Counted from the stretch's first letter, positions 49,301 through 59,500 are shown. The stretch is 64,000 nucleotides of DNA from Patescibacteria group bacterium (GCA_023379265.1 JAMCUI010000007.1:14780-78779); one strand, 5' to 3'. Notes: generated by a model from the sequence alone, not told the origin. Translations and numbers: made by a program.

Positions 49301-51210
49301 CAGTAAATATCAAAACCGCAGGTACTGCAATCGGAAAAACTGGAAGTCTTGATGAAATATTAATAGCACTTGAGGAAACAAGCAGTCAAAGCGCTAGAGC
49401 AACCAGCGCTGTAGTTCCTCCTGCCGCCGACGCTCTTAGAATACAGGCTGAAAGAGTTACTAACTTAAGGCAGTTATTATCCACAGCGCTTCCCGGCGTT
49501 GACACTACTGGTAATTTGGATCCACTAATCGTTACGCTTCGAAATGATGCTACAGCAGCCCAAATAACCATAAATAACGCCGAGCTTCCTGAAACCATTG
49601 CTCAAAGACTGATAGATTTCAGAAGAAATGCTGAAGATGCCAGAGTTTTTGGGGCCATGACCCAAAGAGATATAAATGTCGTCGTAAGTCAAATCAGACA
49701 AGATGCCACAGTCCTTAATGTCGCAAACGCAAATGCTGACACACCGGCTAATCTTACTGCAGTGATCCACGGAATAATTCAAAGAGCCAGAGCTGCCGGC
49801 TTTCCGGATATTACACCGACAGCTGATTCGGCCAGAAACTTCAGAAATACTTTGACAGCTGCTGGCAACATACTTCACGCTGCTGCCAATGCGACACCGG
49901 ATGAGATCATAAATCTGGCCCGTACATACAGAGATAACGCCTTGGCAATCGGTATTGCCACGGCAAACACTGACATGCTTGAAGGTGATACCGGAGTAGT
50001 CAGAAGAGTTGACAATTTCGTGACTCTTGCTAATAATTACGGCTTTGCCGGTGCCAGATATGCCGATATAGAACCACAGATAAATACCATCAATCGTGCA
50101 TCACTAGGCCTCACCGCTGCAGCCACACGGGAAACAGTACTCAATGCAGTTGTTGAGAGAAAAACCCTAACAGGAAATATCGGAATGGCCAATGCCAGGG
50201 GAGCTGATATTGCCAACGTCATAAATGCTATTGACCAGTTTTGGACCAACGTGCAACACACCAACATTCCCGAGTTTACTCAAGCACACGCAGCAAGAAA
50301 TCTTGAACAACTACGACCCCTGCTTCGCACTCAAGCGGATATTGTAAACGCCTCTCCTACCGCAACACCCAGAGAAATGATTGTGACTATCGGAAATTTT
50401 AGAACAGACGGCGGGTTGATAGCGGTACCCAACGCCAATAACTGCCCTCTTGCCACAATAAGAACTGCTATAGATTCCTTTATAGGTGAAGCCGAAAAAG
50501 TTGGAGCGCCTAGAATAAATCCTGCCACTGGAGCAATAAATGATGTACAAACAATTGTGAATGACGTGAGGACAATTGCTCAAAATCTGGGAGTAGCAAA
50601 TGCCATGGCAGATTCAATACCAACAATTCTTCCACAAATTTTATTCTTTCAGGAAAGAGTCCGTCAAGAAACATCTCTTATCCATGATGCCGGACCCGGT
50701 AGGGCACGAATTGATATTGCCAGAGTAGATTGGTTAAACACTCAAACCAATGACGCAGCGGCTCAAATCATGCTACTACATAATATAGCTATATTGACTG
50801 GAACAGATATTCGTCGCAACGGCCACAATGCAAGACCTGACAATGGAGGAATCATCGCGGTTCAGCGAAACAGAATCGTTGCTACAAGAGCAGGAGCCAA
50901 CCCAGCGGTTACTGCTGATTTAGATATAGAAGATCAAAATATGAGAGAGGTGCAAGCCTATTTGGCTGGTTTCAATCGAATGAATATATCAAATCTTCTT
51001 GGGCTTATTACAACACGCCAGATTATGACTGACCCCACCGTACCAGCAGGTCTTCGTCAGGCATTTAAGACTATACCAAGCGAGGTATGGACACGACTTC
51101 CTCAGGCCGGACCTCTTCGTGGAATGAACCCAAATCGTTTATACACAATCAAAGTTGCCAGAATACTTGCTGGATTGCCGGTAGAACAGATAAATGGAGC
51201 AATTATTTAG
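46375..51210 (+). CDS. Giant alpha-helical repeat protein (~1611 aa), unknown function
   Basis: Long ORF of recurring ~27-33-aa R..A...G units; promoter TTGACT-17-TACGCT ends 6 nt before ATG 46375. Confidence 0.85.
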   Translation: MVHLGENLPTPADAIIRAKTTYDMVRKRLGGTVNTTLTPIEIIRNYNANITQGQPTFNENHPENIEAVRNAQRYQRDINMMGLQPDDESSVVQQKIRDLGTLVGSLATEPENILSHLRQFQEHGARLGLTGSTIEEMAASVDTILASDAPLVGLDLNHDSLLDIATSVYDTRHDAELSGMGNAFTAPMDEALHAVDDFRQHADRLGIVNAIGRNQRPMNELLGDLADRAQRAGAGGGTTVAEQFAAVDRFGTFRTQATRNIRMGNIDALTRHQIENRLRDYAENLELSRDGNVDEVIGRIENFLTTQIQTAGYDITQNIPDLVRTIRADQDILFRDNQQQGARRQQQQHRIQEIVNRAIGLRNMVDAALITDRTNTMPLRELGSHVINDAQIAGGINIQQNQRPRLAYEIAQDIRNLRNSVRAAHFGNLANRRMEEMARQLRIQGPALRVKDSANQPLAVIVSAADKVIKEEIGAGVENADDLANSLRTIQTDVQKFRVAAKNAGIDDADNAQTPTESITMELQARAGVAQLENIDNLSPTEIAQKLVEFNKKIKTAKVEVVAGDFSTTVDNIYNTAGLLQIPDHLDQTPEELLGQITTILQNTRTAGFAEVQAGHVGDLIDEMRHTTGALRLTQDAPLTDIITSATQYRTDAQTMGYDRNADIQTVADNVRGFRTLITKNNIAGASLTEQVATLETHRATLGLPDHTAAYQILNTVETTRQDAIRIQTGFDAYNQNVGESLRVVNEFRDHAQASGVADARGEHQVDITHLMTNINTDARAAGIDATDTWQNKFDAITALRHDAETIAGIQNVNNTSMDNIKRQLRGIAEAIGFTFNDSTSIRNFLTGIDRFNNLAAGAGYQRAPGTSYTDIASQIRQDAQQYFNINQNDNGVSLETRLARVKTLRDHAEKAKYTGDVRADQLSSVVAFINTEAQAAGLDNALTLEVKADTLVKLRQRAIARGITDANTALMSTLAVNIKTAGTAIGKTGSLDEILIALEETSSQSARATSAVVPPAADALRIQAERVTNLRQLLSTALPGVDTTGNLDPLIVTLRNDATAAQITINNAELPETIAQRLIDFRRNAEDARVFGAMTQRDINVVVSQIRQDATVLNVANANADTPANLTAVIHGIIQRARAAGFPDITPTADSARNFRNTLTAAGNILHAAANATPDEIINLARTYRDNALAIGIATANTDMLEGDTGVVRRVDNFVTLANNYGFAGARYADIEPQINTINRASLGLTAAATRETVLNAVVERKTLTGNIGMANARGADIANVINAIDQFWTNVQHTNIPEFTQAHAARNLEQLRPLLRTQADIVNASPTATPREMIVTIGNFRTDGGLIAVPNANNCPLATIRTAIDSFIGEAEKVGAPRINPATGAINDVQTIVNDVRTIAQNLGVANAMADSIPTILPQILFFQERVRQETSLIHDAGPGRARIDIARVDWLNTQTNDAAAQIMLLHNIAILTGTDIRRNGHNARPDNGGIIAVQRNRIVATRAGANPAVTADLDIEDQNMREVQAYLAGFNRMNISNLLGLITTRQIMTDPTVPAGLRQAFKTIPSEVWTRLPQAGPLRGMNPNRLYTIKVARILAGLPVEQINGAII

Positions 51211-51592
51211 TAGAAGAAGAACCTGGTAAAGCCTTTCCATTCACTTCAACTTTCGAAGAAATCATTTGTTTGAATTCATCTCTTAACTGCGTAATCGTCT
51301 CGCTCTCTTGTTGTTCACGCAAATCACGCATAAATTTTTGATATACCTGATCTTCTATTTTCCTATATAAACTCTTATCCATTGATCTTTTTCCTTCTTG
51401 TACATCCAGAAGCGCTCTTTCAAATTCATATTGGATGTTGGCCTTTAGATAGTCATAGTATGCTGACCATAAGATTTTCTCTAGCATCAGTTTCTGGTCG
51501 GGAGTATATGACCCGATTTTAGCAAGAGTATCCTGCCTGACTTTTTCATCAATCGGCAGGAATTTAAGAAGCTGCTGCGTCGTTACAACCAT
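51203..51592 (-). CDS. Small helical hypothetical protein
   Basis: 129-aa ORF co-oriented downstream of the 717-aa coiled-coil gene. Confidence 0.7.
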   Translation of the reverse strand: MVVTTQQLLKFLPIDEKVRQDTLAKIGSYTPDQKLMLEKILWSAYYDYLKANIQYEFERALLDVQEGKRSMDKSLYRKIEDQVYQKFMRDLREQQESETITQLRDEFKQMISSKVEVNGKALPGSSSTK

Positions 51593-51607
51593 ATTTACCT
51601 TAAAAAT

Positions 51608-53761
51608 TTAGACAGGATAATTTTCAATTCTATTCTCTACCACTTTCATCATATCAAATATTGCCAATTGTAAATCTACACGAGATAAGCTTCCCCCTTC
51701 ATAAAGAGTTCTTAAGGCTGAAAGCGCTTGTTCCAACCTGTCGCCAGGATTTAAGGTCAACTCAAACCGCTCAACTAGAATATCTGCCACTGCTTCCGGA
51801 GGTAAAAGCTCAGAAGCCCATCTGGCATGGTCAACCGCCTGAACGCCACCCGGAACTCTTCCAAAAACAAGTCTCTGTATCATGCTATAACCGTGAAGAA
51901 GCGTCACGTTGGTTCTTGTAGCATCACCCGGTGGCGCTACAATCGTCTCTTGAGATATATCAGTCAAACTTTGCATGGAAAACTCCTGTTGATTATCAGG
52001 ATCATTAAGTTCTCCATGAATCTGTCCGTATCTAAGAAGTGCAGCCTTTGCAGTGTCGATTATGTGTATAACATCTTCTGATGCCGATATAGGCTTTTCC
52101 GCATCTTTAACCACTTCACTTAGTCTCAAAATTTCAGTTTCTAAATTGGTTATCTCACCCGTCAACTGAGTGACCTCCTGATCTTTTACCTGCCGTTCTC
52201 GCTCTTTTGTCGGAATACTGGCTAAATCTCTTTTCACTTCAGTTAATCTCGTTTGTTTTGCAGCCAATCCTCTTTCAGTATTTCGCCTATCAACTTCAGC
52301 CAGCCTTGAATTAAATTCCGCTTCATCTTCCTGCCACTCGGTTTTATATTGCCGAGCCAGTCCTATATTATTATGAACCATTGCATCATTATAAAGTCTT
52401 CTATTTTCACGACGAGCCTCCTCTTTTTCCCTTTCGATAGTACTTCTTGCCTCGGTCATTTCTCTTATTTCCCCCTCCAAATTTCCCTGTTCCTGCTGTA
52501 AACTTGCCTGGTTGTTTCTTAAACCCTGCAACTCTCCCTCAAGTCTTGTAACTGCTTCCCTTGCAGTTTGCAATTGAGATCTTTTTTCTGTTCTTCTGGC
52601 CTTTGCATCCTCTAACTCCTCACCCCGCATCTGTTTTTGAGCTTCTGTCATTCTCGGTTTTGCTGCTGCAGCCCTTTTAGAATCAAGTTGCTCGATTACA
52701 GGTCTAAATACCTTTCCAGGCTCAGTATTAAGTAATTCCAACGCCCTCTCGGTAAAATGCACTACAGTCTCTCTCTGAGCCTTATCCCATATTTCCACCC
52801 TCCGCTGTTGAGATAAAGGACCAACAAACATACCTCCCTCTCTTGCTCTTCTCATCCTATAACCATTCCACCGACTTGCAACGTTATATCCCAAAGCATC
52901 TGGATTTACCTGTGCATTTCCCGCTGCAGTTAAGGCAAAGGAATCCCAACTGGTAAAATTACCCATCATATTTAGCTTTACCCCCAATAGATGATAAAGA
53001 TCGGCGTGCGCCCGACCTGTCTCCATTAATTCAGTCACCACCCTATCATCTGTTGCCAAAGAATTATCTCTCATATATTCCAAATAGGCTCTCTCCTCAG
53101 CTGGTAAAAAATTCCAGCTGATTGCTCCCGCACCTCTGTTTAATACGAGCCTGCCTTGAGCATCTATTAATCCAAAAGCATCAACAAGCTGATTTATCGC
53201 TTGCCTCACACCCTCACTTAATCTTTGTATTTGACCGGCATACGCATCCAAAACCACTTCTCTATCGGCAGGCCGGGGGACATCCCCTCTTGCACCTGTC
53301 ATCGCTTCCTGTCTAACCATAAGTTTGCGGAACAATTCAGTTTCAGACATGACGTGAATAGCGATTATTCCTGCCTCTGATTTTACTAGTTCGCTAAAAT
53401 CACCGTTCGCCCTTTTATAGAGTTCAAGAAATGTCTTCTGATCTGCTAACAAAACTCCTCCCGCATCCTGATATTGTTCAAGTTGAGCTCCAATATTCTC
53501 TCCCATCTTTTGGTATTCCTTCATTACTCTTGGATCAGCAATTATTTCATGGAGAGCTGGCCTACCAAATTCTCTTCCTTTCCATTTTGTTACATTTGGT
53601 TGAGATGGAGTACGTTCGTGAGGCGCATTCCTTTGCTGAGGCTCAGGAGTATCCACATGAGGGCGAGGCGTGTTTGCCGCCGGAGCCATAGCAGCAGGTT
53701 CTATAGTTGTATGAGCCGGTGGCATCGCTTGCGGTAATGTATCTGGAGTCGCTTGTGCCAT
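51608..53761 (-). CDS. Hypothetical protein with P/A-rich N-terminus and long coiled coil
   Basis: Heptad-rich E/R/Q/L segment at about aa 365-555; promoter TTGCAT-17-TAGGCT ends 6 nt before the ATG. Confidence 0.8.
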   Translation of the reverse strand: MAQATPDTLPQAMPPAHTTIEPAAMAPAANTPRPHVDTPEPQQRNAPHERTPSQPNVTKWKGREFGRPALHEIIADPRVMKEYQKMGENIGAQLEQYQDAGGVLLADQKTFLELYKRANGDFSELVKSEAGIIAIHVMSETELFRKLMVRQEAMTGARGDVPRPADREVVLDAYAGQIQRLSEGVRQAINQLVDAFGLIDAQGRLVLNRGAGAISWNFLPAEERAYLEYMRDNSLATDDRVVTELMETGRAHADLYHLLGVKLNMMGNFTSWDSFALTAAGNAQVNPDALGYNVASRWNGYRMRRAREGGMFVGPLSQQRRVEIWDKAQRETVVHFTERALELLNTEPGKVFRPVIEQLDSKRAAAAKPRMTEAQKQMRGEELEDAKARRTEKRSQLQTAREAVTRLEGELQGLRNNQASLQQEQGNLEGEIREMTEARSTIEREKEEARRENRRLYNDAMVHNNIGLARQYKTEWQEDEAEFNSRLAEVDRRNTERGLAAKQTRLTEVKRDLASIPTKERERQVKDQEVTQLTGEITNLETEILRLSEVVKDAEKPISASEDVIHIIDTAKAALLRYGQIHGELNDPDNQQEFSMQSLTDISQETIVAPPGDATRTNVTLLHGYSMIQRLVFGRVPGGVQAVDHARWASELLPPEAVADILVERFELTLNPGDRLEQALSALRTLYEGGSLSRVDLQLAIFDMMKVVENRIENYPV

Positions 53762-53861
53762 AATTTCAGCCTAGCAAATGAGGTAGGGAAATGCAACTGC
53801 CGGCAAAATATCTTTCGAACAAATACTGGAAAATGTGTCAGCCGCTATGTATGATAGAAGC

Positions 53862-55781
53862 ATGGTACTAGCTGAAGCACCGGTCACACCACCAGTTGTA
53901 GAAGCACCACACGCTCCCGCGCCTTATGTGGAACCTAAACTCCCCGGTGAAGCACCTGAACAAGCGGCTCCCGGAGAGGATGCACGACTCCATAAAGATT
54001 TCAAACAACTTATTCAGATTGACGGGACAGCCAACGGTAACAGGGCATTGGTTGATAGGGGATACGCCAAAAAAGAGACAGTTACCGCGGAATTTAAGGC
54101 AGCGGGGAAAAATGTAGGGGATGCTGCAGTACAGCAGGAAATTGATACTGAAGTGCAAAGAAGAGAAACGGAACAGCAGGATGCTAGAAAACCCAAAAAA
54201 GAAGACGCGTCAGAGGAAATGATTGCGGCTGAGGCAAAAAAGATGGCGGCAGAGGACGGACCATGGAAAGGAAAAGACGCGAATGACCCTGCATTGAGGG
54301 AAGAAGCTGCCCTTAGAGCGGCACAAAAAAGGATTGACGGATTGACAGGCGCTTATGACATTCTTTATACCGCACAGGACGCTGTAGCCTCCTACAATGC
54401 TGCTGTAGAAAGCGCCATCCAAGGGGAGGGCAACCGGCTTATCCAAGAGGAAATTGCAAAAAGGAATGCCCAGGCTCATCTTAAAACTCCTCCCGATCCT
54501 GATATTACTGATTTACCTGATGGGGAAAAAGAACAAATTAGAGCTGGAATTAATAGAAGTGAAGTCGGGAAAAGAGTCAAAAGAGAAGATTATTATGATC
54601 CGGACAATCGCAAATATCACAAAGTTGGCGCAGACGGAAAACCGACTGCAGACGTAGTCTCCTACGACGACGCGTACGAAGCCATGTATGAAGAACTCAT
54701 CAGAGTCTCTGGCTTACCACCTGCTGCTGACGGTACACCCAATCCTGATGCTGAAAGAGCCCAACAACTGTTAAAGTCACTTCACTACAATAGGGATGAA
54801 AATGCCTTCCAGGTATATACTCCGGAGCAAAAAATGCTCAAAGAGCGTGAAGCAGGACAGGAACTCCTTATCCAGACAGCCGAAAATGTCTTTAACTCCA
54901 TTTGCGACCAGGGAGTACCGCCAGCAAAAGAAGCGTCTTCGCTTGTTTCCTCACTCGGACTCTTTCTTGACCGCTTAAAAACAACCAACCCCCCGCTTAA
55001 TCCTTTACAACGCAACATGGTTCTGGCAGCTATAAATGAGAGACTGATGGGTCTTGCCAATGCCCAAACAGCAGTCATTGTCTCCGCAGAAGACGCCCGA
55101 ATGCTTGATATGCTGAAGAAAAAACCAGGCGCTATAAGACAGCTAAACGCTTTCAAAAACAACCAGGCGCTTAAAGGCATGATGAGTGACATACACAGTT
55201 CTATAAAACAAGGTTATGTGGATATCATAATGGGCACCACCCAGCACGACGTAAACATGGAACATTTCTTCCAGTCAGTTAGCCTTGCTGCGCTTTGCCG
55301 GGAACAGGGATTGACTAAACCGTCGGAAGTAAAACGGATACTGGTAAAATTCAAGATAGCCCTGACAGCTGGAGATCAACAATTGATAACTTTCCTTGCA
55401 GGGGAAGACACAGGGGGAATACGCACAAAACTTCCGGGGGGTAAAAAAGAAAATACCAACCTTGACCAAATGCTCGATCTTATAGGCATGAACGCTAAAG
55501 ATATAGGCGATTTCCCCAAATATATAGCTGCCAACGCTAAACGGATTGTGGAAAACGCGGCCATGCCTGGAGAAACCAGCCAGGCAAACTGGGCAGAAGT
55601 TGCCAAAAACAGGGAAGCCGCGCTTCGCGGTCATGCAGTGATAGCAGAAAAGTTCGTCAAAGATCCAAAGTTTAAGCTTGATGCAGGAAAAATTCTTATG
55701 CTTATTATGGGCGGTGGAACAGTCATGGGATTAGTACAACCAATACTCGAAACAAACCCCGAAGAGAAACAACAAACATGA
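53862..55781 (+). CDS. Hypothetical protein with P/A/E-rich N-terminus and hydrophobic C-terminal segment
   Basis: Likely start MVLAEAP, 6 nt after TATGAT; tail ILMLIMGGGTVMGLV. Confidence 0.8.
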   Translation: MVLAEAPVTPPVVEAPHAPAPYVEPKLPGEAPEQAAPGEDARLHKDFKQLIQIDGTANGNRALVDRGYAKKETVTAEFKAAGKNVGDAAVQQEIDTEVQRRETEQQDARKPKKEDASEEMIAAEAKKMAAEDGPWKGKDANDPALREEAALRAAQKRIDGLTGAYDILYTAQDAVASYNAAVESAIQGEGNRLIQEEIAKRNAQAHLKTPPDPDITDLPDGEKEQIRAGINRSEVGKRVKREDYYDPDNRKYHKVGADGKPTADVVSYDDAYEAMYEELIRVSGLPPAADGTPNPDAERAQQLLKSLHYNRDENAFQVYTPEQKMLKEREAGQELLIQTAENVFNSICDQGVPPAKEASSLVSSLGLFLDRLKTTNPPLNPLQRNMVLAAINERLMGLANAQTAVIVSAEDARMLDMLKKKPGAIRQLNAFKNNQALKGMMSDIHSSIKQGYVDIIMGTTQHDVNMEHFFQSVSLAALCREQGLTKPSEVKRILVKFKIALTAGDQQLITFLAGEDTGGIRTKLPGGKKENTNLDQMLDLIGMNAKDIGDFPKYIAANAKRIVENAAMPGETSQANWAEVAKNREAALRGHAVIAEKFVKDPKFKLDAGKILMLIMGGGTVMGLVQPILETNPEEKQQT

Positions 55782-55796
55782 AGTCTGAACTAAATT

Positions 55797-56507
55797 ATGA
55801 TCATCCAGATTTTGCTATTCCTCATATTACTTATCCTTCTCTATTTTATTAGCAAAAAAATCTCTTCTGCAATTTATACTATATTTCTTCTAATATCGAA
55901 AAACAAACATTTTACAAACATTCTATTGGCGCTTATATTCTTACCCGGAACCATTCTTCATGAGATGTCCCATTTCCTTGTCGCAACGGTACTTAGAGTA
56001 CCCACAGGAAATCTGTCGGTTCTTCCAGAGCAGGAAAAAGAGGGGGAAATAAAGGCTGGGAAATTGGAACTTGGCAAAGCTGATCCTTTCCGATATTCCT
56101 TAATAGGCCTTGCGCCAATTTTGACCGGCCTAACTGTTATCTTTATTTTAGGCAAAAACTATGGTTTAGAGCTTAATTTTTTGCTTAACTTCAAAATAAC
56201 AGTCATACAACTTGCAGTATTTTTCGTTTCTATAATTATCTCAGTCACTATGTTTTCCAGCAGAAAAGACGCAGAAAGCTTGATCATTTCAGGTCCGATT
56301 ATTTTACTAATATCCATATCTTTATACCTGATAGGAGTAAGGGTCATCCTCAATCAAAATCTGGCAGAAGCAATTACGGCCTTTTTTACAGACATCAATA
56401 AGTATCTATTGTTCATTCTTATACTAGACTGGCTTCTACTGATAATATTGCAACTAATGGTAAATCTTTTGAGTAAAATATTGGGAAGAAAATTTATTGA
56501 AAGATAG
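55797..56507 (+). CDS. M50-like intramembrane metalloprotease
   Basis: FLPGTILHEMSH (HExxH) in a TM, IGLAP, S.KD. Confidence 0.7.
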   Translation: MIIQILLFLILLILLYFISKKISSAIYTIFLLISKNKHFTNILLALIFLPGTILHEMSHFLVATVLRVPTGNLSVLPEQEKEGEIKAGKLELGKADPFRYSLIGLAPILTGLTVIFILGKNYGLELNFLLNFKITVIQLAVFFVSIIISVTMFSSRKDAESLIISGPIILLISISLYLIGVRVILNQNLAEAITAFFTDINKYLLFILILDWLLLIILQLMVNLLSKILGRKFIER

Positions 56508-56511
56508 AAAT

Positions 56512-59500
56512 TTAAGTTGTGGAGGCTGATGTTTTAGAATCCGCAGCACCTTCTTTTACCCCCGTATCTTCCGTAGGTAAAACTGGCCCTGTATCTGCGG
56601 CGGGAGACTGACTTTGATCTAAAGAGGTATTTTGTTGAAAATAATCACTCAAGGGATTCTGACTTTGAGCTTCTTGTACCGGTGAATTATTCTCCTGTGG
56701 AGACACGCTAACGGTTTTATCCTTACCCTCCTCACTTGATACCTCCTGCATGCTGAAATCCTTTACTTGGGTTTCCGGATTTCCTGTATTTGGTTTATCT
56801 TTTTGACCTGCCGCTTCAACTGACGTCCCAGATGGTTTCTGTTCCATTTCCTTTACTAATTCACTGGCGCATTTGGGACAGGAAAGGGGAGAAGCATCAT
56901 CTGTTTTCCTCTGCCAGATATTGGAACAGTTAAGACACTGGTATGATTTGGAGTCTTCTTGAGGTTTGTTTCCCCCAGGCACTTCTTCTACCTGTGGATT
57001 TTTTGTCTTATCATCTACCACAGCTGGCTTTTTAAGCTCCATCTTCTTTACGTTAAAAGCTAGTTGCTGCCCGTCATAATCCACCATTACCGTATCACCC
57101 GCAGCTAATTCTCTTTTTATAAGAAGAGAGGAAATTTCATTCTCTATAAGACGTTGCATTGTCCTGCGCAAAGGCCTGGCGCCAAATACGGGATCATAAC
57201 CCACCTCGGCTAGATACGTCTTTGCATCATGACTGATATCTATAGCAATATCCTGTTCCTCAAGCAGTTTAGAAAGAGCTTTCACCTGAAGTCCTACTAT
57301 TTCCACCATATGTTTTCTGGTCAACGGTCTAAAAACTACCACCTCGTCAAAACGATTAAGAAGTTCCGGACGGAAAAACTTGCGCAACTCTTCCATCAGG
57401 CGATCCGCCAATCGAGCAAACATCTCATCTTCTCCACTATCGGATTTTTCCTCGTCTTTATTCTCCAAACCCAAAGGAATAATATCTTCAGGCTTTTTAG
57501 TCTGTGCCTCTACTGTACTAAACAATTTCACCATCTTTCCAGAAATCCATTCGGTTGAATCCGTATTTGCTCTCTGGAAATAACGTCCGACAGCAACGAT
57601 TAATTCCTCACCAGTAGGCTTAAAAACGTGTTGATCCCATTTTTCAATAGGAAACTCAATCTTTTCCTCGTCTTTAGGATTAATCTCAACTCCTGTTTTA
57701 TCCTCTGACTGTTGTGCATTATCAATTCTTTTCTCACTTGTATTTACCTCAACCTGATTGGTGCCGCCATTATCTGTTTTATTGTTTACGGTTTTTAATT
57801 CGTCTGTCTTTATATCTCCACCTGAAATATCCGAACCGTCTGTTTTTTCTTTCCCTTCCGGTGTTTTTCCTATAGAAACAACGTCTGCGCCCTTCAACGT
57901 ACATCCCGTAAAATACTCAGCTAGCGTACCCGTAGTCCAATCTGTTGTCTGCAAATTCTCCCTTAGCCAAAACCTGTCTCCGAAAGAAACCACTTCAGTA
58001 TTGGTAGGGGATACAGCATGTGTATCAATCCTCGCAGTAGGCAACTGTTCTTGAGGCCGGTCAGGAAGAGCATTCACCACTACACCTCCTTTTACATAAT
58101 CCAAAAGAGATTTTTGTGTCCATTCTTTGGTCGTTGTTGAGGTACGCTGCCACAACCTATCGTCAAAAGTTATAATTTCCGAGCCGTCAGGAGCGATAAG
58201 ATGAGTATCTATACCGTCCTGAGGGAAATCTTTTTCTCCCTCTGTTACCGTGGAACCGGCAAAATAGTCTAAGAGTGAAGAAACTGTCCAGAACTTATCG
58301 CTTCCTTCCTTCTCCCACAGTTTTCCCTTAAAACTCACAAGTTCCCGTCCAGTTGGCGAAATAGTATAAGTACTAAAAATTTCCTTTTCTTTAGTTTCAT
58401 GACTTTCTTCATTATTTTTTGACTTATCACTCCAACCCAACATTTCATCCTGGATGATACCGCTACCTAGATTGGAAGTACAAATAACAATGGTATTCTT
58501 GAAAGAAATGGTATGTCCTTTATTATCAGTCAACCTACCATCATCTAGAAGCTGTATAAGAATATTAAAAACATCTGGATGGGCTTTTTCTATTTCATCA
58601 AATAAAACTACTGAATATGGTCTTCTTCTCACCGCTTCAGTTAATTGCCCTCCCTCTTCATAACCAACATATCCAGGAGGCGCACCAATTAATTTTGCGA
58701 CCTCGTGCTTTTCCATATACTCGGTCATGTCAAGCCGGACGATCATCTCCTCGCTTCCAAAAAGTATCTCAGCTAAAGCTTTCGCCAACTCTGTTTTCCC
58801 TACTCCGGTTGGTCCCATAAAGATAAAACTACCAATCGGCCTCTTGTTTGATTTAAGTCCTGCCCGGCCGCGTCTGACTGCTTCGGCTACCGCCAATACC
58901 GCATCTTCCTGATCTATAAGCCTCTTATGGATAATATCCTCCAGACTCATCAACTTTGTCGATTCGCTTTCAGTCAACCTGCTTATTGGAATATTTGTCC
59001 AGCGGGAAACAATATCGGCAATTATATCCGGCCCGACAATATTGGTCGTAGTCGATTTCTTTACCTGATATTGCTCTTTAAGTTCTGTTTGGGCCTGCTC
59101 CAATTCCTGAATGTCTTTTTTTATAGTCTGGAGGTGAACTTCATCTCCTAATTTTTCCGCTTCTTTTGCTTCACTATCCAACTTTTTCAATTTATCTTCG
59201 CCTTTTTTTATTTCCTCCGGTAAGGAAATTGCGGGCAATCTTACAGAAGCCGCAGCTTCATCAATTAGATCAACTGCTTTATCAGGCAAAAACCTGTCAC
59301 CAATATAACGCTGTGATAGTTTTACAGCTGCATCCAAAGCCTCGTCTGATATTTTTACACGGTGAAAAGCTTCGTATTTATCACGAAGAGCAGAAAGCAT
59401 TTCAACGGCCACATCAGCTGTAGGCTCCAAAACATATACTGGCTGAAATCTTCTTTCAAGTGCTGGATCCTTCTCCACATATTTTCTGTATTCAGTCACT

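Noticed and set aside
57400-58470. Intein in the Clp ATPase
   Set aside because: No intein-like N-terminal motif, no His-Asn C-terminal junction and no LAGLIDADG motifs; the insert is repeats plus low-complexity linkers.
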